A stretch of DNA of 64,000 bases from Planctomycetota bacterium (GTDB taxonomy: Bacteria > Planctomycetota > UBA1135 > UBA2386): contig JBKAGP010000001.1 in NCBI GenBank assembly GCA_046290465.1, forward strand, positions 96,001 to 160,000, written 5' to 3'. This document shows positions 20,658 through 30,366 of this stretch, in pieces (position 1 is the stretch's first letter; every line of letters starts with the position of its first letter). The position numbers and the translations under genes were made by a program. The notes under the pieces are model-generated. The model was not told where the DNA came from, did not search any database, and saw nothing but the letters and a program-made list of their open reading frames with translations.

Positions 20658-23600
20658 ATGCACAGCTCCCCGATGCTCGGTTGTCTGCGTCTGACGGTGT
20701 TGCTGTCGCTGCTCGCCCTGATCGGGCGCACCGCGACCGCGCAGCAGCCGGGCCGCCGTCTGCAGGTGATGTTCTTCGGTGCGCCGACGGCCAACCACGC
20801 CGGTCACGATCCGATCACGCGCTACCGCGTGCTCAAGCAGGCGCTCGGCGTCGACGGCATCGACCTGACCTATGTCGAGGATCCGGCGGTCGCGCTGCGC
20901 GCTGCGTGGCTCGACCAGTTCGACGCGGTGCTGATGTACGGCAACTGGAACCAGCACACGCCGATGAAGCGCGAGCAGCTGACCGCGCTGTTGCGCTACG
21001 TCGACGGCGGCGGCGGCTTCGTGCCGGTGCACTGCGCGTCGGCGTGCTTCGGCGGCTCGCCGCTGTTCGTCAAGCTGGTCGGCGGGCGGTTCGCGCGCCA
21101 CGGTGGCGAGGAGTTCGCGGTCGACAACGTCGCCGTGGACCACGAGATCCTGCGCGGGCTCGAACCGTTCCGGGCGTGGGACGAGACCTACGAGCACGAC
21201 TCGCTGGCAGACGACCGGCAGGTGCTGCAGACCAGGGACGGCGAGCCGTGGACGTGGCTGCGCCGGCAGGGCAAGGGCCGGGTGTTCTACACGGCGAGCG
21301 GGCACGACCACCGGGTCTGGGACCTGCCGCAGTTCCACCAGCTGCTGCGGCGCGGGATCCTGTGGTCGGTCGGCGATCGGCGCGAGCTGCTGCAGCGCCT
21401 GGAGCTGCCGCAGCTCGAGACCGAGCAGGTGTCGCTGCCGGGCTACCGGCGACGCGAGGAGATCACGGTGGCGCAGAAGCCGCTGTCGCCGGCCGAGTCG
21501 CAGAAGCTCGCGCAGGTGCCGGTCTCGATGACGCTGCAGCTGTTCGCCAGCGAGCCTGACATCGTCAACCCGATCTGCGTGGCCTGGGACCACCGCGGTC
21601 GCGCGTTCGTGATCGAGACGATCGACTACCCGAACAACCTGCAGCGGGGCGAGCACGGCCACGACCGCATCACCATCTGCGAGGACACCGACGGCGACGG
21701 ACGCGCCGACCGGTTCACGCGGTTCGCCGACCAGCTGTCGATTCCGACCTCGCTGTGCTTCGCCGAGGGCGGCGTGCTGTGCACCAACGGCCGCGACCTG
21801 CTGTTCCTGCAGGACACCGACGGAGACGACCGCGCCGACGTGCGCGAGGTGCTGTTCTCGGGCTTCCACATGGGCGACACCCACGCCGGCGTGTCGAACC
21901 TGCGCTACGGCTTCGACGGCTGGATCTACGCGACGGTCGGCTACTCGGGCTTCACCGGCGAGGTCGGCGGCGTGCCGCACGACTTCTCGCAGGCGGTGTT
22001 CCGGTTCTTGCCGGACGGCTCGGCGCTGGAGGTGCTGCAGGGCACCACCAACAACACCTGGGGGCTCGGCTTCACCGAGTCGTTCGACGTGCTCGGTTCG
22101 ACCGCCAACGGCAACCCGAGCTTCTACCTGAGCCATGCGCGCAAGGCCTACGAGCGCTGCGACCTGGAGCAGCCGCGCACGCCGCCGGCCGATCGCAACC
22201 CGAAGTTCTTCCCGTCGTCCCAGGACATCCGCCAGGTCGACCAGTTCGATCGCTTCACGGCCGGCGCGGGGCACGCGTTCTACACCGCGCGGCGGCTGCC
22301 GGACGAATACCACGACCGGGTGGCGTTCGTCTGCGGCCCGACCGGCAAGCTGGTCGGCAGCTTCACGGTCGAGCGGCGCGGCGCGGGCTTCCGCGCCGAG
22401 CTGTCGCCGAACAACCTGTTCTGTTCTGCCGACGCGTGGTCGAGTCCGGTCTGCGCCGAGGTCGGCCCGGACGGCGCGGTGTGGATCTGCGACTGGTACA
22501 ACCTGATCATCCAGCACAACCCGACGCCGAGCGTGCGCTCGGCCGGGATCGCGGCGAAGACCGGCCGGGGCAACGCCTACGAGACGCCGCTGCGCGACAA
22601 GCAGCACGGCCGCATCTGGCGGGTGTTCCCGACCGGCAGCGCCGACGACGAGGCGCCGCAGCTCGACCCCGACGACCCGGCGACGCTGCTCGCCGGCCTG
22701 TCGCACGACAACCTGCTGTGGCGGCTGCACGCGCAGCGGCTGCTGTTCGAGTTCGGCGACGACGTCAGCGAGCAGCTCGAACCGCTGGTCGCGGCTGGCG
22801 GCACGGCGGCGCCGCACGCGCTGCAGCTGCTGGCGCAGCTGCAGCTGCAGTCACCGGCCGTCGTCGAGGCGGCGCTGCGCAGCCGCAGCGAGGCGGTGCG
22901 CCGCACGGCGATCGCGCTCGCCGACGTCGACGCGATCAAGCGCCGTTACGTGCGTGACGGCACCATCGACGCGCAAGGCCGCGAACTCGCCGAGGTGCTG
23001 GTGGCGCTGACGATGGCGGCGGCCGATCCGGAGATCGGCGCGGCGATCTACCAGGTCGGCAAGCGCGGCGGCGATGCCCTGCTCGACGAGACCGCGATGC
23101 GCGACGCCTGGAACATGGCGGCCAACCGGCAGGCGGTGACGGTGCTGGCGGCGGCCGAGGTCGACGGGGTGACGTTCGCCGAGCCGGCGCCACCGACCAA
23201 CCTGCTGCCCAACCCGGGCTTCGAGCAGGTCGTCGACGGCGCGCCGGCCGCCTGGACCGACCTGCGTCGCTACAGCGGTGCCGCGCCCGAACGGGTGACG
23301 GTGCGTTCGAGTGATCACGGGCGCAACGGCGGCCGCTGCCTCGAACTGCGCTGCGACGCGTTCATCGACGCGGGCCTTGCGTGCACGGTCGAGGTCGAGC
23401 CGGGCACGCGCTACCGGCTGAGCGCGTGGCTGCGCACCGAGGGCGCGACGCCGCGCGGCAACGCGCCGGGCATGATGATCAACGTGCACGGCGGCCCGCA
23501 CAGCGCCGGCCTGAAGGGCGACCAGGACTGGACCGAGCTGACGGTCGAGTTCGAGGCGACGCGGAGGCGCCACGTCGTGCACTGTCTGTTCGGTGGCTAC

Positions 23601-24128
23601 GGCGGCGCCCGGGGCACGGCGTTCTACGACGACGTCTCGCTGGTCGCGATCGGCAACCAGAACACGTTCGCCGGCGCGCTGCGCGCGCTGCACCAGGGGG
23701 ACCTCGGCGACCGGCCGGCCGAGCCGATCGTGCGGCAGCACCAGCCCGATCCGGCGGTGCACGCGCGCGGCAAGCAGGTGTTCCAGCGGACCTGCATCGC
23801 GTGCCACGGCGTCGACGGCCGCGGCGTGCCCGGCACGTTCCCGCCGCTCGACGGCTCGAGCTTTGTGACCGGCGATCCGGCGGTCGCCGCGCGCATCGTG
23901 CTGCACGGCCTGATGGGCCCGGTCGAGGTCGCCGGCAAGCGCTACCAGAACGTGATGGCGCCGCTCGGCCCGACCCTCGACGACCAGCAGGTCGCCGACG
24001 TGCTGACGCTGGTGCGGCAGAGCTGGAGCAACGACGCGGCGCCGGTGGCTGCCGACGCGGTGCGCCGCGTGCGCGAGCAGCACCAGGACCGCGTGCAGAT
24101 GTGGACCGCCGCCGAGCTGGCGCGCTGA
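20658..24128 (+). CDS. PVC-type membrane-bound dehydrogenase-like protein: ThuA-like, beta-propeller, HEAT, CBM-like and cytochrome c domains
   Basis: GKGRVFYTASGHD (ThuA); FASEPDIVNP, EDTDGDGRAD, GPDGAVWICDWYN, HGRIWR; NLLPNPGFE (CBM4/9-like); CIACH...FPPL..S; start uncertain (20658 or 20673). Confidence 0.9.
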   Translation: MHSSPMLGCLRLTVLLSLLALIGRTATAQQPGRRLQVMFFGAPTANHAGHDPITRYRVLKQALGVDGIDLTYVEDPAVALRAAWLDQFDAVLMYGNWNQHTPMKREQLTALLRYVDGGGGFVPVHCASACFGGSPLFVKLVGGRFARHGGEEFAVDNVAVDHEILRGLEPFRAWDETYEHDSLADDRQVLQTRDGEPWTWLRRQGKGRVFYTASGHDHRVWDLPQFHQLLRRGILWSVGDRRELLQRLELPQLETEQVSLPGYRRREEITVAQKPLSPAESQKLAQVPVSMTLQLFASEPDIVNPICVAWDHRGRAFVIETIDYPNNLQRGEHGHDRITICEDTDGDGRADRFTRFADQLSIPTSLCFAEGGVLCTNGRDLLFLQDTDGDDRADVREVLFSGFHMGDTHAGVSNLRYGFDGWIYATVGYSGFTGEVGGVPHDFSQAVFRFLPDGSALEVLQGTTNNTWGLGFTESFDVLGSTANGNPSFYLSHARKAYERCDLEQPRTPPADRNPKFFPSSQDIRQVDQFDRFTAGAGHAFYTARRLPDEYHDRVAFVCGPTGKLVGSFTVERRGAGFRAELSPNNLFCSADAWSSPVCAEVGPDGAVWICDWYNLIIQHNPTPSVRSAGIAAKTGRGNAYETPLRDKQHGRIWRVFPTGSADDEAPQLDPDDPATLLAGLSHDNLLWRLHAQRLLFEFGDDVSEQLEPLVAAGGTAAPHALQLLAQLQLQSPAVVEAALRSRSEAVRRTAIALADVDAIKRRYVRDGTIDAQGRELAEVLVALTMAAADPEIGAAIYQVGKRGGDALLDETAMRDAWNMAANRQAVTVLAAAEVDGVTFAEPAPPTNLLPNPGFEQVVDGAPAAWTDLRRYSGAAPERVTVRSSDHGRNGGRCLELRCDAFIDAGLACTVEVEPGTRYRLSAWLRTEGATPRGNAPGMMINVHGGPHSAGLKGDQDWTELTVEFEATRRRHVVHCLFGGYGGARGTAFYDDVSLVAIGNQNTFAGALRALHQGDLGDRPAEPIVRQHQPDPAVHARGKQVFQRTCIACHGVDGRGVPGTFPPLDGSSFVTGDPAVAARIVLHGLMGPVEVAGKRYQNVMAPLGPTLDDQQVADVLTLVRQSWSNDAAPVAADAVRRVREQHQDRVQMWTAAELAR

Positions 24129-24164
24129 TTCTCAGGACCTTCCTTCGTTCGTCGCAACCGACCC

Positions 24165-25286
24165 ATGACCAAGTTCCGCGCCGCCCTCGTCGGCCTCGGC
24201 TTCGGCGCCGAGTTCCTGCCGATCTACCAGCGCCACCCCAACGCCGAGCTGTTCGCGATCTGCCAGCGCAACCGCGAATCGCTCGACCAGCTCGGCGACG
24301 CGTTCGGCATCGAGCGCCGCTACACCGACTACGCGGACCTGCTGAAGGATCCGGACGTCGACTTCGTGCACATCAACACGCCGATCCCCGACCACGCCGA
24401 GATGTCGATCGCGGCGCTCGAGGCCGGCAAGCACGTCGCCTGCACCGTGCCGATGGCGACCAGCGTCGAGGACTGTCGGCGCATCGTCGAGCTGTGCGAA
24501 CGCACCGGGCTCAAGTACATGATGATGGAGACCGTCGTCTTCTCGCGCGAGTTCCTCTACGTGAAGGAGCTCTACGAGAACGGCGACCTCGGCAAGCTGC
24601 AGTTCTTGCAGGCGAGCCACCAGCAGGACATGGACGGTTGGCCGGGCTATTGGCCGGGGCTGCCGCCGATGCACTATGCGACGCACTGCGTCGGTCCGAT
24701 GCTCGGCCTGCCCAAGAAGGACGCCGAGTACGTGTCGTGCTTCGGGTCCGGCACGATCCGCGAGGAGATGATCGGCATCTACGGCTCGCCGTTCGCGGTC
24801 GAGACCGCGCACATCAAGCTCAAGGACAGCGACCTGTCGGCGCGCATCGTGCGTTCGCTGTTCGACACCGCGCGCCAGTACCGCGAGAGCATCGACGTCT
24901 ACGGCAGCAAGCAGGCGTTCGAATGGCCGCTGATCGAGGGCGAGCAGGCGGTGCTGCACACGGCCAAGAAGCCCGAGCACGAAATCCCGGCGCGCGTCGA
25001 CGTGCCCGACTACGCGCACCTGCTGCCCGCTGGCGTGCGCGACTTCACGACCAAGGGCGTCTACGACCTCGCGGGCAACGAGCACCTGTCGTTCACGCAG
25101 GGAGGCGGCCACGGCGGCAGCCACCCGCACCTGGTGCACGAGTTCCTGTCGGCGCTGGTCGAGGACCGCGACCCGTGGCCGAACGCCAGGCAGTCGGCCA
25201 ACTGGACCTGCGTCGGCATCCTGGCGCACGAGTCGGCGATGGCGGGCGGCGTGCGCAAGGACCTGCCGTCATGGAGCCTGAGCTGA
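24165..25286 (+). CDS. Gfo/Idh/MocA-family oxidoreductase
   Basis: ALVGLGFG Rossmann start, VHINTP..DHA..S..ALEAGKHVAC.VPMA, GHGGSH. Confidence 0.9.
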   Translation: MTKFRAALVGLGFGAEFLPIYQRHPNAELFAICQRNRESLDQLGDAFGIERRYTDYADLLKDPDVDFVHINTPIPDHAEMSIAALEAGKHVACTVPMATSVEDCRRIVELCERTGLKYMMMETVVFSREFLYVKELYENGDLGKLQFLQASHQQDMDGWPGYWPGLPPMHYATHCVGPMLGLPKKDAEYVSCFGSGTIREEMIGIYGSPFAVETAHIKLKDSDLSARIVRSLFDTARQYRESIDVYGSKQAFEWPLIEGEQAVLHTAKKPEHEIPARVDVPDYAHLLPAGVRDFTTKGVYDLAGNEHLSFTQGGGHGGSHPHLVHEFLSALVEDRDPWPNARQSANWTCVGILAHESAMAGGVRKDLPSWSLS

Positions 25287-25290
25287 ACGC

Positions 25291-26133
25291 ATGCACGACC
25301 GTCTCGGCTTCAGCTTCCTCTACTTCGCGCCGCGCATCACGGCGGTGCACGAGCCGTGGTTCGGCCGACTGCGCGCGCACGGCTACGCCTGCGCCGAGCT
25401 GCCGATCGTCGACGCGTGCGACGACGAGATCGGCTGGCTGCGGCAGGTCTGCGAACGCGAGGGCCTGGCCCGCACCGCGGTCGGCTTCGCGGTGCCGGGC
25501 GCCAACCCGGTGTCGGCCGACTCCGCCGAACGGCAGGCGGCGGTCCGGCACCTGCAGCGTCTCTGTGAGAAGGCGCAGGCGCTCGGCGCCGAGGTCCTGG
25601 CCGGCCCGCTGCACTCGGCCTACGGGGTGTGGACCGAGCAGCCGCCGAGCAGCGACGAGGTGTCGCGCTGCGTCGACGTGCTGCAGCAGGCCGCCGAACA
25701 CGCGCGCCGTCATGGCGTGACGCTGGCGATCGAGCCGCTGAACCGCTTCGAGAGCTACTTCCTGAACACCGCGGCCGACTGCGACGAGCTGGTCCGCGCC
25801 GTCGGCCACCCCAACGTCGTCGGCGCGCTCGACACGCACCATGCGCACCTCGAAGAGGGCGACCTGTGCGCTGCGATCCGGTCGAGTCGGACCACGCTCG
25901 GCCACGTGCAGCTGTCCGAGAACCACCGGGGAACGCCCGGAACGGGGCAGGTTCGGTTCGGCGAGGTCCTGATGGCGCTCGACGAAATCGGGTACCAGGG
26001 ATGGCTCATCGTCGAGGCGTTCTCGCGTCAGGACCCCGGATTCGGTTCGATGTTGCGGATCTGGCGGGCGCTCGACTCCGGTCCCGAGTCGGTGCTCGCC
26101 GCTGGTGCTCGGTTGCTGTCCACTGGCGGCTGA
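25291..26133 (+). CDS. Sugar epimerase/isomerase, D-psicose/D-tagatose 3-epimerase-like (TIM barrel)
   Basis: IEPLNRFE, LDTHHAHLEE, HVQLSENHRGTPG.G and IVEAF metal-site motifs. Confidence 0.88.
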   Translation: MHDRLGFSFLYFAPRITAVHEPWFGRLRAHGYACAELPIVDACDDEIGWLRQVCEREGLARTAVGFAVPGANPVSADSAERQAAVRHLQRLCEKAQALGAEVLAGPLHSAYGVWTEQPPSSDEVSRCVDVLQQAAEHARRHGVTLAIEPLNRFESYFLNTAADCDELVRAVGHPNVVGALDTHHAHLEEGDLCAAIRSSRTTLGHVQLSENHRGTPGTGQVRFGEVLMALDEIGYQGWLIVEAFSRQDPGFGSMLRIWRALDSGPESVLAAGARLLSTGG

Positions 26134-26186
26134 GCCAAAGCCCGGGCCCGGATGGGCCGCACCCGTCTCTCTCCCCGTCGGAACCC

Positions 26187-27776
26187 ATGAACGACCGCAA
26201 CGAGAAGCTCGTCTTCTGGGGCTGCTTCATCGCCCTCATCACCACGTCCTTTGCGTTCATCACGAGGGCGTTCCTCGTCAACATCCCCGACCTGTGGCCG
26301 GCCGAGTTCGGACTCGACCGCGTCCAGGGCCAGGAGCTGTTCGGCGCCGGCATCTGGCCGTTCGCGATCAGCATCATCCTGTTCAGCCTGATCGTCGACC
26401 GGATCGGCTACCGCGCCGCGATGCTGTTCAGCTTCGTGTGCTACGCGATCTATGCGGTACTGGCGCTGCAGGCGTACTCGATCGTCAACGCCGAAGGCCT
26501 CGCGGAGGCGGAGCTCGCGCAGGCGCGCCAGGACGCGTTCGGCTACCTCTACTGGGGCTCGGTCGTGCTCGGCCTCGGCAACGGCACGGTGGAGGCGTTC
26601 ATCAACCCGGTCGTCGCGACGATGTTCAGCCGCGAGAAGACCAAGTGGCTCAACATCCTGCACGCTGGCTGGCCGGGTGGCCTGGTGCTCGGTGGCATCC
26701 TGACGATGCTGCTCGGGGCGCAGGCCGCCGAGGACTGGCGCGTGTTGGTCTACGTGATCGCGCTGCCGGCGGTCGTCTACCTGCTGATGCTGCTGTTCGT
26801 GCGCTTCCCGGTCAACGAACGGGTCGCAGCGGGGGCCTCCTACCGCGAGATGCTGGCCGAGTTCGGCGTCATCGGCGCGGCGATCGCGGGCTTCTTGATC
26901 GTCAAGCAGCTCGGTCTGGCGCTGGGCTGGTCCGACCTCGTCGTCTACATCCTGCTCGCGGTGCTGGTGGTCGGCTACGGCGTCTACTGCCGCGCGCTGG
27001 GCAGGCCGCTGATGATCTTCCTGTGCATCGTGATGATGCCGCTGGCGACAACCGAGCTCGGCACCGACGGTGCCATCACCGGCATCATGGAGGAGCCGTT
27101 GAAGCAGGCCGGCTCGAACCCGCTGTGGGTCCTGATCTACACCTCGGCGATCATGTGTGTGCTGCGCTTCTTCGCGGGCGCGATCGTGCACAAGATCAGC
27201 CCACTGGGTCTGCTCGCGGCGAGTGCTGCGATCGCCTCGGCCGGCCTGCTGGCGCTGTCGGTCAGCGAAGGTCTGTTCGTGATCTTCGCGGCGGCGACCC
27301 TCTACGGCGTCGGCAAGACGTTCTTCTGGCCGACCACGCTCGGCGTGGTGTCCGAGCAGTTCCCGAAGGGCGGCGCGTTGACGCTCAACGCGATCGCCGG
27401 CATCGGCATGCTGACGGTCGGCATCATCGGCGGCCCGCTGATCGGCGAGATGCAGGAGAACAGCGCCAAGGCAGCCCTGCAGGACCAGCTGCCGGGCGTC
27501 TACGAGAAGGTCTCGAAGGACGACACCTACTTCCTCGGTGGCTACACGGCGGTCGACATGGCCGCCGTCGAGGCGCTGCCGAACGCGGAAGAGGTCGGCG
27601 AGATCGTCGAGGACGCCAAGCAGGGGGCGTTGGCGAGCATCACGGTGTTCCCGCTGTTCATGCTGGCCTGCTACATCGCGATGATCCTGTACTTCCGCAG
27701 CCGTGGTGGTTACCGGCCGGTCGAGTTGCGGGGGCAGGACCACGCCGACGAGGAGCACCCGGCAACCGAAGCCTGA
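26187..27776 (+). CDS. MFS transporter (probably sugar)
   Basis: About 12-14 TM segments; LIVDRIGYR, GLGNGTVEA.INP, LHAGWPGG, GKTFFWPT. Confidence 0.9.
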   Translation: MNDRNEKLVFWGCFIALITTSFAFITRAFLVNIPDLWPAEFGLDRVQGQELFGAGIWPFAISIILFSLIVDRIGYRAAMLFSFVCYAIYAVLALQAYSIVNAEGLAEAELAQARQDAFGYLYWGSVVLGLGNGTVEAFINPVVATMFSREKTKWLNILHAGWPGGLVLGGILTMLLGAQAAEDWRVLVYVIALPAVVYLLMLLFVRFPVNERVAAGASYREMLAEFGVIGAAIAGFLIVKQLGLALGWSDLVVYILLAVLVVGYGVYCRALGRPLMIFLCIVMMPLATTELGTDGAITGIMEEPLKQAGSNPLWVLIYTSAIMCVLRFFAGAIVHKISPLGLLAASAAIASAGLLALSVSEGLFVIFAAATLYGVGKTFFWPTTLGVVSEQFPKGGALTLNAIAGIGMLTVGIIGGPLIGEMQENSAKAALQDQLPGVYEKVSKDDTYFLGGYTAVDMAAVEALPNAEEVGEIVEDAKQGALASITVFPLFMLACYIAMILYFRSRGGYRPVELRGQDHADEEHPATEA

Positions 27777-27780
27777 CCAA

Positions 27781-28959
27781 CTGATCACTTGGCTGTTGGT
27801 CCCGCGGATTCGCTGCCACCGCCAGCGAATGCGGGCCCGGTGTCGTGGCGCATCGCCACGACACCGCATGACCTTCGAGCCACCCCGTTGTCCGCACCAG
27901 GACTGCTCCGCCTTCACGACCCCGCCCCGGCGATTCGCCCGCTGGGGTTCGTTCCGCGCCGCCTGCCGCACCGCGCCGGAGCAGCGCTATCGCTGCCCCG
28001 CCTGCCGTAGAACGTTCTCACGCCAGACGTTCCGTCACGACTACCGCGACCGCAGGCCCGCTACCAACGCCCGCCTGTTCGACCTGCTGACGAGCGGCAT
28101 CGGCCTGCGCCAGGCGGGGCGCCTGCTCGAGCTGTCGTGCTCCGGGGTGCAGCGCAAGATGCGCAAGATCGCCCGCACCTGCGCGGGCCTGCACCGCAAC
28201 CTCTCGCAGCGCCTGCCGTCGGGCGGCGACTACGTGCTCGACGAGGAGGAGACGTACGAAGGCTCGTCGATCCGCACCCTGACGGTGCCGATCCTGATCG
28301 AGCGGAAGTCGTGGTTCCTGGTCGCAGCCGACACGGCGCCGATCCGCCGGCTCGCCCGACGCGGCACGACCCGGCGGGCATGGCAGGACGCCCACGAACA
28401 GCAGCACGGCCGCCGGCCCGACCGCAGCCGCGAGTGCGTCGAAGGCGTGCTGCGCGAGCTCGACCGGCGGTGCACCGGACGGCTCGGGCTACACACCGAC
28501 AAGAAGGCGAGTTACGCGAGGTCGTGCAAGAAGGTGTTCGGCGACCGCGCCACCCACACGACCACGGCCGGCACCGAGGCGCGCACGATCCGCAACCCGC
28601 TGTTCCCGATCAACGCGACGATCGCGATGTCGCGCGACAACTGCGGCCGCCTGCGGCGCAAGTCGTGGCTGGTGTCCAAGGCCGCACGCTGGCTCAAGGC
28701 GCAGCTCGACCTGTTCGCCGTCTACCGCAACTACGTGCGCAAGCGATTCAACCGCGACCATCCGATGCTGGCGTCCGCGGTCGTGCTCGGGTTGCTGCCG
28801 CGCCGGCTGCGGTCGGTCGAGGTGCTGCGCTGGCAGCAGGACTGGGGTCCGCGCAGCATCCATCCGATGAGCCTGAGCGGGACGCGATCGGTTTGAATGC
28901 GGACCAATCTACGCCTCCGCGTGCCACTCGTGCGAGGGCACCAACAGCCAAGTGATCAG
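27781..28959 (+). mobile_element. Insertion sequence (~1.18 kb) with perfect 20-bp terminal inverted repeats
   Basis: ctgatcacttggctgttggt (27781-27800) and accaacagccaagtgatcag (28940-28959) enclose a single transposase-like ORF; no clear TSD. Confidence 0.85.
27868..28896 (+). CDS. IS1/IS1595-like transposase (Zn ribbon, HTH, RNase H-like catalytic domain)
   Basis: CP...C and QRYRCPACRRTFS; HTH GLRQAGRLLELS; VLDEEET, LHTDKKASY, PINAT...R..RLRRKSW. Confidence 0.75.
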   Translation: MTFEPPRCPHQDCSAFTTPPRRFARWGSFRAACRTAPEQRYRCPACRRTFSRQTFRHDYRDRRPATNARLFDLLTSGIGLRQAGRLLELSCSGVQRKMRKIARTCAGLHRNLSQRLPSGGDYVLDEEETYEGSSIRTLTVPILIERKSWFLVAADTAPIRRLARRGTTRRAWQDAHEQQHGRRPDRSRECVEGVLRELDRRCTGRLGLHTDKKASYARSCKKVFGDRATHTTTAGTEARTIRNPLFPINATIAMSRDNCGRLRRKSWLVSKAARWLKAQLDLFAVYRNYVRKRFNRDHPMLASAVVLGLLPRRLRSVEVLRWQQDWGPRSIHPMSLSGTRSV

Positions 28960-28964
28960 CTGCC

Positions 28965-29963
28965 CTACTCGCCGCCGTCGAAGCCCTCGGGCAGCTTCTG
29001 CGCCAGCACCCACTCCTTCCACTCCGCCTCGACCTCGTCGATGTCGATGCCCTTGAAAGCGCGCTCGGTGCAGTCCTCGATGTTGCTGTCGTCCTTCACC
29101 AGCTTGATGAAGGTCGGGATGATCTTGCGGTACTTCTTGTTCTTGTGCTCCATCAAGAAGTGGCACATGGCCCAGCCCTGCGCGTAGCAGAGGCCCGGTC
29201 GGCTGTAGTAGTCCCGCTGGCTGTAGCGGATGATCTGCTTCCACGGGACGTGCTGGTTCTGCTTCACCGCGGCCCAGATCGTCGGCAGGCGCTCCTGGTT
29301 GAGCGAGCCGAGCTTGACCTTGGCCTTGCGGCTCTTGGCGTCGTAGGGCGGAACCGCGCAGTAGAAGTAGTCGCCCATGCCTTCGTTGATCCACGACGGC
29401 AGCTGGATCTGCGACACGACGTACCAGTGGAAGTACTGGTGCCAGCCCTCGTGCGACATGACCCCGAGGAAGTCCATCGGCTTGTTGAGCAGCTCTTCGA
29501 GGCGCTCGCGCCGGGTCTTCTTCTTGCCGGTCTCCGGCGCCTCCTTCTTCTCGTCCTGCCAGACGCCGGTGTCGAAGCCGACCAGTTCGCGGTTGGGCGC
29601 CGACATGTAGTAGGCCATCGTGCCGCCGCCGACGCCGCTGTAGCGCTGGAAGCTCTCGCGGTCCTTGAACAGCTTGACCGGCTTCTTGATGAAGCCGTCC
29701 TTACCCGGCGGGAACGTCTTGCGGTAGAGCTTGAACATCTGCTCCATGTGCTCCGCGAGGCGCTCGGCCTTCTCCTTGCCGACCTGCGACTGGATCTGGT
29801 AATGGCGGCTCTCGTGAACGATCCAGCCCTCGGCCCACCGGGACTTGGAGGTCCACTTGCCGGGGTGGATGCGGTCGGCCTGCGCGGTCGCGTGCGCCGA
29901 GGTGAAGGCCAGCGAGATCGCTGCGGCCGTCAGGGTGAGGAAGTGCCGGATATTCGTGCTCAT
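28965..29963 (-). CDS. Secreted DUF1570 / peptidase MA-like (HExxH) protein
   Basis: Signal peptide; SHEGWHQY, LPSWINEGMGDYF, YAQGWAMCHFL. Confidence 0.85.
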   Translation of the reverse strand: MSTNIRHFLTLTAAAISLAFTSAHATAQADRIHPGKWTSKSRWAEGWIVHESRHYQIQSQVGKEKAERLAEHMEQMFKLYRKTFPPGKDGFIKKPVKLFKDRESFQRYSGVGGGTMAYYMSAPNRELVGFDTGVWQDEKKEAPETGKKKTRRERLEELLNKPMDFLGVMSHEGWHQYFHWYVVSQIQLPSWINEGMGDYFYCAVPPYDAKSRKAKVKLGSLNQERLPTIWAAVKQNQHVPWKQIIRYSQRDYYSRPGLCYAQGWAMCHFLMEHKNKKYRKIIPTFIKLVKDDSNIEDCTERAFKGIDIDEVEAEWKEWVLAQKLPEGFDGGE

Positions 29964-30366
29964 CAATGAGGGTGGGCACCGTGGCGCCCGAAGTCTGATT
30001 CTCCAGGCGAGCAGGCTAGCGGCCGTTGTGCGCACGCAAAGCCCCCGCTGGGGGGAAGATGTGTGAAGGTTCCGTACCGGCCTGGGCCGAGGCCGTGGGG
30101 GCGGACCGTCACGATCGGCGACGTGGCCGGTCGGGGCGGCGATCTGTCGGGATTGCGCGGCTGCGAGGCGCACAACGGTCGGCTCGACGCGGTCGACCGG
30201 TAGTCGGATCCCGGCGGTCCTGCCGGTCGCCTCGCGCCGGATCACGCCGGGGATCTGCACCGCCGGGGATCTGCCGGGTTGGGCGGCAAGTGGCCGATCG
30301 CGCCGGGCGGTCGACAGCGGAGCTCCGCCATTTGCAGGACGCCCGGCTTACGTATCGTGGCCGGCG

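Noticed and set aside
29964..30366. Structured RNA or cobalamin riboswitch upstream of the B12 radical SAM gene
   Set aside because: Only short gccggggatctg repeats; no B12-box or other conserved riboswitch motif recognised
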